NCBI GenBank assembly: GCA_963708455.1
Contig: CAVPSQ010000003.1
Location: forward strand, 241,442 to 305,441
Reading direction: 5' to 3'
From: an uncultured Pseudomonadota bacterium
GTDB lineage: Bacteria > Pseudomonadota > Gammaproteobacteria > Competibacterales > Competibacteraceae
Length of the DNA: 64,000 nucleotides
Part shown: piece after piece, positions 58,237-64,000 of the stretch
Numbering within the stretch: the first letter of the stretch is position 1
Layout: every line of letters starts with the position of its first letter
Notes under the pieces: model-generated
Told to the model about the DNA's origin: nothing
What the model saw: the letters and a program-made list of their open reading frames with translations, nothing else
Databases searched by the model: none
Translations under genes and position numbers: made by a program

Positions 58237-61200
58237 ATGTTGTTCTCTCTAAGCTCAACCCTATCGGCCGCTACCCAGGAAGAGTTCGAGCAAAGCAAAG
58301 CGATATTCGAAACTATTCTGCAGAGACAACTCAAGGAAGATCTGAATACACTCATCCAAGCGAAACAACCCGTTGACTTACCGTGGGTGATCGGGCCGAT
58401 CGCCGTGGTCAACGAAGACACCCGCATCAATCTCATTGAACGCATCCTGAATTCCCTGGGGTGGTTCTATCAGCAGTTGTTTCCTGAACCTCCCCGACAA
58501 CCCCGTCTGCCTTTCGCACAGCTCTTGGAGCCTATCTACCATCCACAAACCAGAGAGATAACCAGTTTAGCATATCTGGTCGTTCATGCTCTGACCCGCA
58601 GTTATCTGGCCTTCACCCAACCGCACTATCATGACTTCCTATCCGCCGTGCTGGCCCGTGAGGATCTGGTCAGCAATAATGTCTACTCGGCCCCGTTGGC
58701 CAACCACGTTGCGACCTTAATAGAATTTCAAAATGGCGTGCGCACGGCGTTGCTAGGCAAACAGGAAAGCGAGGTCGGCGTATGGACCGGGACCGGATTC
58801 AAACTGGATCCGGACAGCGTCGCGCCCATCCTGTGGCGGGAGATTTTACAAGAATGGCAAGGCGGTGCCGCGATCAGCAGAGAGGCAGTGATCCTGGCTC
58901 ACCTTGCGGTTGCGCTGAGCTATGAAAATCGTTGGACCAAGTCCGCCGCCGAAGCAGCGCCCGACGGCAGCGCCTTGCCTCGTATCGAACGGCAGATCGC
59001 TGAGGCGCAACGTGTTCTCAAGCAGCTGGGCGAGCTTGGCGAAGATGCGCTGGCAGCGGAAGGCGTATTGTGCATTTTCGAATTCGCCAGCTATGCCGTC
59101 GGTAAGGGGGGGCTGGAAAAATTTGCGCAGACCTCCTTAGCGCCACTGTTGCAGGCGCCCTTACCGCAACGGGCCTGGCTGAGTTTTGGCCGCTTCTGGT
59201 CCAACAATGAAGCCGCACGGCTGAGAGACTGGCTGGCCAGACAGCAAGCGCCGGTCAGGTTTGCGGAGGACAAGCACCACCGGCTGGCGACCTTGCGGCC
59301 ACAACCCTACGAGCAGCTAAGAACCCTGTTTGCTTATCTCGACCCGACGCCGGCAGACCGCTTTGAAATTTTATTTGGCGAAAAGCCCGCGAGTTCTTCT
59401 TCTATCTGGGACTTGTTGTCAACAGCGTTTGGCTGGTTTCAGCAGCGCCGTTCTCTGGATGGACAGACAACATTGCCGGTTCCCGCTGTCAGCAGCATTT
59501 TGAAAATGCTGGAAGTGATCTATCCCGATCACTTCTGCTGCGTGCGCATCAATCAGGCGCATCCGCAGTTACCCGATGTGCAGCTTAAAAGCCGCGTCAT
59601 CGTGCTCCCGGGCGATTATCCTCAACCGGATGAATTGGAGCAGTTGGTCGGCCAGGCGGAACAGGACGCGCAACAGTGGCTGGCTCCAAGACTGGTGGTG
59701 ACCCGTTATGCAGCCGCTGAACTCCTGAACCAACGGCTGGCGTTTGGTTCGGGTCCTTTACAGTTGCAATTTCAGTTGAATACAACCGATCAATCCTCTG
59801 TCTCTACAATCACCAAGGGTTGGTTACAGGCCATCGAGTGGCTGGAGAATCGCAATCACCACGCCACTTTATTGCATTACACTGAGCAGGCCGCCAGTCC
59901 GCGTGAAGACGCCGCCACCGATTTGTTACAGGAAGAAGGTTTTGCCTTGCCAGACCTCAGCGATGAGGCGTGGGCTTTATGTATAGACATCGGTGGAACG
60001 GGCATTAAAGGTGGGCTGTATCCTCTGCTGCAACAAGAGCGCGGCTATCAACTGGGAGACGCGCCGGAGCTGATCTTTGCTTTTGCCACCGAGCCTGAGA
60101 AAGATTATGGTGAAATAACCGGTGAAGGACGGTATCTGAATGGCCGACAATTTGCCGCGCGGTTACATAGCAAGTTGCTGGATACTTGCCAAGAGGCGAT
60201 TGGAAAAGGCGAGACCACGGCGGAAAAAATTTACAAACCTATCGCCATCATCGGCTTGACCTGGCCTGGCGCTGTTTCAGGCGAGAGAGGGCGTGAGTAC
60301 GTCTCGGCGACTTCAAAAATCCTCAGCCGGTTTTCCGGTCTGACTGATGAGATTGCTCGCAACTCACCGATACAAATACATCTGTTGCGAATCCGTGAAA
60401 ATATCGCCGATGTATTCCGTGAATCTGAACAATTCGGATATCAGCAACAGCCGCAACGGGCGCCATTGGTCACCCTGCTGAATGACGGGGAAGCGCATAC
60501 CCTGGCTTCCTTGGATCAATTCGACGCCAGCGATTTGCCGCCCGGCTGCGCCATTGTGCTCACGGCCGGGACGGGGACTGCGCTGGGCGTGCTGCGCGAT
60601 GGGGAACCTTTACCCCTATTGGCGGAAGCAGGCAAATTCGTCATGGATCTGGCGGTGCCGTTTACGAAGCAGGGCAATTTCCCCGTCGGCGCTGGTAACA
60701 AGATGTTTTCGACCAATACCTTCCCGGAACTGGCTGCACAGATTATCCACGCCTATGAGCAAGCGAGGCGGCGACAATCTCTGCCAGCGGAGCCGTCGGC
60801 AATACCGATGCTGCCGGTCAAAGCGGTCGAGCTTGGCTATTATTGTGCCGAGTTGCTCGAGGATTCGGCTGGCGCCGAACAGTGCGCGAAAGAGTGGTAT
60901 AAGAGTTATGCCGAGGAGCAATTGAGAAATCCGGTGCTGCCGTTTGAAGGCAGGCAGGATTATCGTGAAATCATGACCAAACGACAGCAAGTGCTCAGAA
61001 ATGCACTGCGCTACTATGGCGATCCTAATGTCGCCTCTATAGGCAGTCCAAACTACGCTGTCTTGCAACAGGTCATTGCTCCTATATGGGATAACATTAA
61101 GGCTGAAAGCCGAGGTCTGGACGGTCTTTTGACATTTGTGGCAGAAACCGCTTATCGCGCTGGGTGTCTGCTGGCCGATTTAATTGCAGGAGCCGATGGT

Positions 61201-61710
61201 TTGTTCGGCATCAACATCGCATTGACTACCGGCGGTCCGATGTCAGGCGCCATGGGCCAGATCGTCAGAGCGTTCGCCCGCTATGAGTTGCGGGAAGCCT
61301 ACGGTTATAACGTGGTCGAAGTTTTTAAGGAACGCCGTGACCGCTACCGCCCGCTGCGTTTGCGTGGCATTTATTTCCCTGAACCGAGTCGTGAAACGTT
61401 GACCTCCGCCGCCTGGGGGGCCGGCAAAGCGGCGCTGGAACTGTATAAAGATAAATATAAGCAGAGCGAGTTGTTGCGACTGGAAGAGTGGTTACGCGCC
61501 CGCCACCCCGGCGCCAAAGTCAGGTTAGATAAAACCCGCGCTGAGCAAGGCGTCAACCGGTTGGTCAGCGAAGACGCTGCTATCGATATTCATGTGAGCG
61601 ATGTGGCGGCTTATTTGAATCGATATAAGGCGCATCTGGGTCTTTGTGTAACGCAGGGTTCTGTGGATGAGTTCATCAAATTGGATAATCTGGATATCCA
61701 CATTTTGTAG
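58237..61710 (+). CDS. Large two-part protein: unrecognised N-terminal domain of about 570 aa plus an expanded ROK-like (ASKHA-fold) kinase domain
   Basis: 1157 aa. ASKHA/ROK motifs appear in order: LCIDIGGTGIKGGLY, GLTWPGAV, LLNDGEAHTLAS, VLTAGTGTALGVL, ALTTGGPMSG. No ROK CxCGxxGC zinc motif was seen. The N-terminal half has no motif I recognise. Confidence 0.75.
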   Translation: MLFSLSSTLSAATQEEFEQSKAIFETILQRQLKEDLNTLIQAKQPVDLPWVIGPIAVVNEDTRINLIERILNSLGWFYQQLFPEPPRQPRLPFAQLLEPIYHPQTREITSLAYLVVHALTRSYLAFTQPHYHDFLSAVLAREDLVSNNVYSAPLANHVATLIEFQNGVRTALLGKQESEVGVWTGTGFKLDPDSVAPILWREILQEWQGGAAISREAVILAHLAVALSYENRWTKSAAEAAPDGSALPRIERQIAEAQRVLKQLGELGEDALAAEGVLCIFEFASYAVGKGGLEKFAQTSLAPLLQAPLPQRAWLSFGRFWSNNEAARLRDWLARQQAPVRFAEDKHHRLATLRPQPYEQLRTLFAYLDPTPADRFEILFGEKPASSSSIWDLLSTAFGWFQQRRSLDGQTTLPVPAVSSILKMLEVIYPDHFCCVRINQAHPQLPDVQLKSRVIVLPGDYPQPDELEQLVGQAEQDAQQWLAPRLVVTRYAAAELLNQRLAFGSGPLQLQFQLNTTDQSSVSTITKGWLQAIEWLENRNHHATLLHYTEQAASPREDAATDLLQEEGFALPDLSDEAWALCIDIGGTGIKGGLYPLLQQERGYQLGDAPELIFAFATEPEKDYGEITGEGRYLNGRQFAARLHSKLLDTCQEAIGKGETTAEKIYKPIAIIGLTWPGAVSGERGREYVSATSKILSRFSGLTDEIARNSPIQIHLLRIRENIADVFRESEQFGYQQQPQRAPLVTLLNDGEAHTLASLDQFDASDLPPGCAIVLTAGTGTALGVLRDGEPLPLLAEAGKFVMDLAVPFTKQGNFPVGAGNKMFSTNTFPELAAQIIHAYEQARRRQSLPAEPSAIPMLPVKAVELGYYCAELLEDSAGAEQCAKEWYKSYAEEQLRNPVLPFEGRQDYREIMTKRQQVLRNALRYYGDPNVASIGSPNYAVLQQVIAPIWDNIKAESRGLDGLLTFVAETAYRAGCLLADLIAGADGLFGINIALTTGGPMSGAMGQIVRAFARYELREAYGYNVVEVFKERRDRYRPLRLRGIYFPEPSRETLTSAAWGAGKAALELYKDKYKQSELLRLEEWLRARHPGAKVRLDKTRAEQGVNRLVSEDAAIDIHVSDVAAYLNRYKAHLGLCVTQGSVDEFIKLDNLDIHIL

Positions 61711-61790
61711 TGTCAGTTGCGCCAGATAATGGCCGGCGCTGAGAGGTGCGTGCTACCCATGCGACGAGGGCCAATGTGAGCCGGTCCAAC

Positions 61791-62681
61791 ATGAGCCTGT
61801 CGCTGGCTGACATGAAGAATGTGGTCAGCATGGTGGACAACCAAGTGGACAGCGTGGCGGCTGCTGCTGAATTGCTGGGGACCGACCGCGCTTATGTCTA
61901 TCGGCTGATTCAGCGGGTCAACGACACCATCGGTCGCGATGCGCCGCCATGGCGGGACGGCGCGCGGCTGGTCATTCCGGCGGAGATTCATCGCCTGGCG
62001 ATGCGGATGCGGAATCTGGCTGCCGCCTTCGATGAGGCGACCCGTTTTCCCCGGATTGCCGCCGGCAGCACGATCGCGATTTTGGTCCACGAAGTGTTGC
62101 ATGAGTTGGGCTGGGAACACAGTGCCTATCAGATATTGCGCTCCACCGGAGCGGTGCAGGCTGTGTGCGATAAAGAGGTCGATATCGCCCTGTTGCACGA
62201 AAGTTCCTTGGAGCATGGCAAGGGCGGTCAGGAATTACCGGCGGAATTGGCAATGGTGAAGTTGTTGGAGTGGCGGGCGGTTATGGTGGAGCCGCCTCAC
62301 CCCCCGGAGCGACAAGAAACGGAAACTCGCTGGCTGCTTTCCTGGCCGCCGGCTACCCATGCCGCCCGATTGAACGCCAGGGCGTTGGGCGCAGCATGGG
62401 AACAGTCCAAAGCAAACCCTGGGCCGCACCTGGGCTCGTATGTCGCGGCACTGGAGGCGATCCGCATCGGACTGCCTTTCAAGACGGTTATCCCGGATAT
62501 TTATTTGATGCCGGCGGATTGGCAAAACTTGAAGGTTACTGATTTGTCGTCTATGGTTAAGGAGTGGTTGGTTGGGTTGTATCGGGGTTGTGATCGGCAG
62601 CGGTTGCAGAGTTTACTGAGCCCTCATGAATGGGAAAAAATAGGGATAAGACGGCGCGGGGTAAACCTGAAGATAATTTGA
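61791..62681 (+). CDS. LysR-like regulator-type protein (HTH plus periplasmic-binding-like fold)
   Basis: ORF 61746..62681; ATG at 61791 preferred. HTH-like SVAAAAELLGTDRAYVYRLIQRV. The remainder has the length of a LysR effector domain. Assignment is tentative. Confidence 0.5.
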   Translation: MSLSLADMKNVVSMVDNQVDSVAAAAELLGTDRAYVYRLIQRVNDTIGRDAPPWRDGARLVIPAEIHRLAMRMRNLAAAFDEATRFPRIAAGSTIAILVHEVLHELGWEHSAYQILRSTGAVQAVCDKEVDIALLHESSLEHGKGGQELPAELAMVKLLEWRAVMVEPPHPPERQETETRWLLSWPPATHAARLNARALGAAWEQSKANPGPHLGSYVAALEAIRIGLPFKTVIPDIYLMPADWQNLKVTDLSSMVKEWLVGLYRGCDRQRLQSLLSPHEWEKIGIRRRGVNLKII

Positions 62682-62700
62682 GATATTTGGGGAGAGCAAC

Positions 62701-64000
62701 ATGTCTAACTTAGCTAAATTTGAGTCTGATTTACTATCTATCGTGTTATCACGCAATACTATAGAGTTGACAGAAGAGAAAATAGATGAAAATCAAAAAA
62801 CTTCATTAGAGAAGCGATTGAAAAATCGACTCAAAACAGAATTAGATTTTTTTTTTAAAAATCCCGAAATAAAACAGGCAATTATTAACTCTATTTTAAA
62901 ATATCAATCAGATTGGGGGATTCGCAATCAGATTTGGCCTCGTATTCAGAATAGCTTGAGAAAATTTCATGATTTTTGTTTTTCAGAAAAATTTAATGCA
63001 ACTTGGGAACTCTCTCGTAAAGACCTTTTCAAGCTTATTTCTGATAATAGCAATTCAAAATGCTGTGTAACAACGCCAGCGATGCTGGTATTGGAAGCAA
63101 TTCTATACAGCCATCAAGAATGGGCTCGACCTTTTTACCATGATATATGGTCAGCGGGCCAAGCTCGTGCTGACATATTACGTAGAATTACCAAAATGGA
63201 TACTGAAAAAAGAGGGGTTCGAGATAGCTTCATAAATAAAATTGTGACTATGATCTCATTTCAGAATATTTTCCGTAATGGATTGCTGGACCCAATGGAA
63301 GTAGGGGTGTGGGATGGAAAGAATACGTGTATAACAGAAGATGTTCGAGTAAGAAAGGCGTTGATCCGAGAGGTTTTCAGACTCTGGGCCCCAGAAGGAT
63401 TGGAGGATAAGAAAATAGCTTTGAGTGCAATAGCAGCTTGTTCTCTTAGCCATGAGGGACGTATCAGTTTAGGCCACAATTTTTTGAAAAAATGCGATGT
63501 ATTCAAACAACTATATGATTGTATTTGTATTGACGGCAACTGGTATTCTGATGAAGAAGCTATACTTTATTATTTTGAGTATGCAAATTATATGTTTATT
63601 CGGGGAGGAAGTGATCAATCAACACAGCAGCAAAGAGAAGAATTTCAACAATTTGCTGAAGAAGTGCTGGAAAAGAATATCCCGGTTCAAGGTGTCAGTG
63701 AGCAACCATCAATGATTTTCCTTAGCTTCGGGCGTTTTTGGTCAAATCGAGAGATAGACAATTTTTATAAAAATAGAATGAATTTTGCAAAATCTTTCGA
63801 GGTAGAAAAAAACGCGCAGCTTAAAACTTTACAAAAGGCTTTACTTGACACAAGTGGTAAAACCAGATTTGCTCATTTAAAGATTGATCCAAAAGAAGCT
63901 TTTAAACTATTCTTTGATGGATTAGAATGTTCCCCATCTTTAGTTGTAGATAACGATCCGAAAAAAATATGGCCCTGGATAGACAGCGCTATCCAGTGGA
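62701..64000 (+). CDS. AT-rich open frame (433+ codons, runs off the window), paralogue of the N-terminal domain of 58237..61710
   Basis: Translated codon by codon from ATG 62701 (RBS GGGGAGAG) to 64000 with no stop, in DNA of about 35% GC. Shared blocks with the 58237 protein, in the same order: P.YHD..SA, FQN, EVGVW.G, LSFGRFWSN, IW....S(A/T)..W. It is absent from the ORF track because no stop lies in the window. Confidence 0.8.
   Translation, partial: MSNLAKFESDLLSIVLSRNTIELTEEKIDENQKTSLEKRLKNRLKTELDFFFKNPEIKQAIINSILKYQSDWGIRNQIWPRIQNSLRKFHDFCFSEKFNATWELSRKDLFKLISDNSNSKCCVTTPAMLVLEAILYSHQEWARPFYHDIWSAGQARADILRRITKMDTEKRGVRDSFINKIVTMISFQNIFRNGLLDPMEVGVWDGKNTCITEDVRVRKALIREVFRLWAPEGLEDKKIALSAIAACSLSHEGRISLGHNFLKKCDVFKQLYDCICIDGNWYSDEEAILYYFEYANYMFIRGGSDQSTQQQREEFQQFAEEVLEKNIPVQGVSEQPSMIFLSFGRFWSNREIDNFYKNRMNFAKSFEVEKNAQLKTLQKALLDTSGKTRFAHLKIDPKEAFKLFFDGLECSPSLVVDNDPKKIWPWIDSAIQW

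Overview
This is a GC-rich (about 60-65% by eye) proteobacterial-type chromosome segment. Housekeeping blocks alternate with accessory DNA.

Core genes, supported by strong motif and gene-order evidence:
- trmB, an H-NS-like gene and tRNA-Gly(CCC).
- dapB (apparently frameshifted), carA-carB-greA, a trypsin-like protease and tRNA-Val(CAC).
- A DD-carboxypeptidase, an EamA transporter and two alpha/beta hydrolases.
- A minus-strand lctP plus 2-oxoacid:ferredoxin oxidoreductase operon.
- galU.

Accessory content:
1. A BrnT toxin and a pglY-pglZ (BREX/Pgl-type) pair at the left edge.
2. A low-GC islet downstream of tRNA-Val. It holds a MITE-like element, a methyltransferase and decayed RHH, hicA and rpoD fragments.
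3. An accessory tract of about 27 kb (30.1-57.1 kb). Its intact core (34.56-44.91 kb) is a same-strand six-gene module: a CHASE2-only membrane sensor, a secreted protein, a long-linker ECF-like sigma factor, a zf-HC2 anti-sigma factor, an exported M48/TPR metalloprotease and an exported TPR-CHAT caspase-like protease.
   - Partial or degenerate copies of the module flank the core on both sides.
   - Rpn-family nuclease genes or their remnants lie at the junctions.
   - Peculiar arrays of five 32-bp tandem repeats lie between the sigma and anti-sigma genes.
   - The tract continues with a DUF4157 effector-like gene plus an overlapping small membrane ORF, a Uma2 fragment, and a DUF4062/STAND gene cut off by a triple-nested IS481>IS630>IS4 insertion.
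4. At the right edge, a 1157-aa protein combines an unrecognised N-terminal domain of about 570 aa with a ROK-like kinase domain. A LysR-like gene follows, and then an AT-rich (about 35% GC) open frame that runs off the window and is a divergent paralogue of that N-terminal domain.

Everything here comes from reading the sequence and the ORF track by eye. No database search or folding program was run. Family names rest on remembered motif patterns, and coordinates of repeats and junctions were counted by hand.
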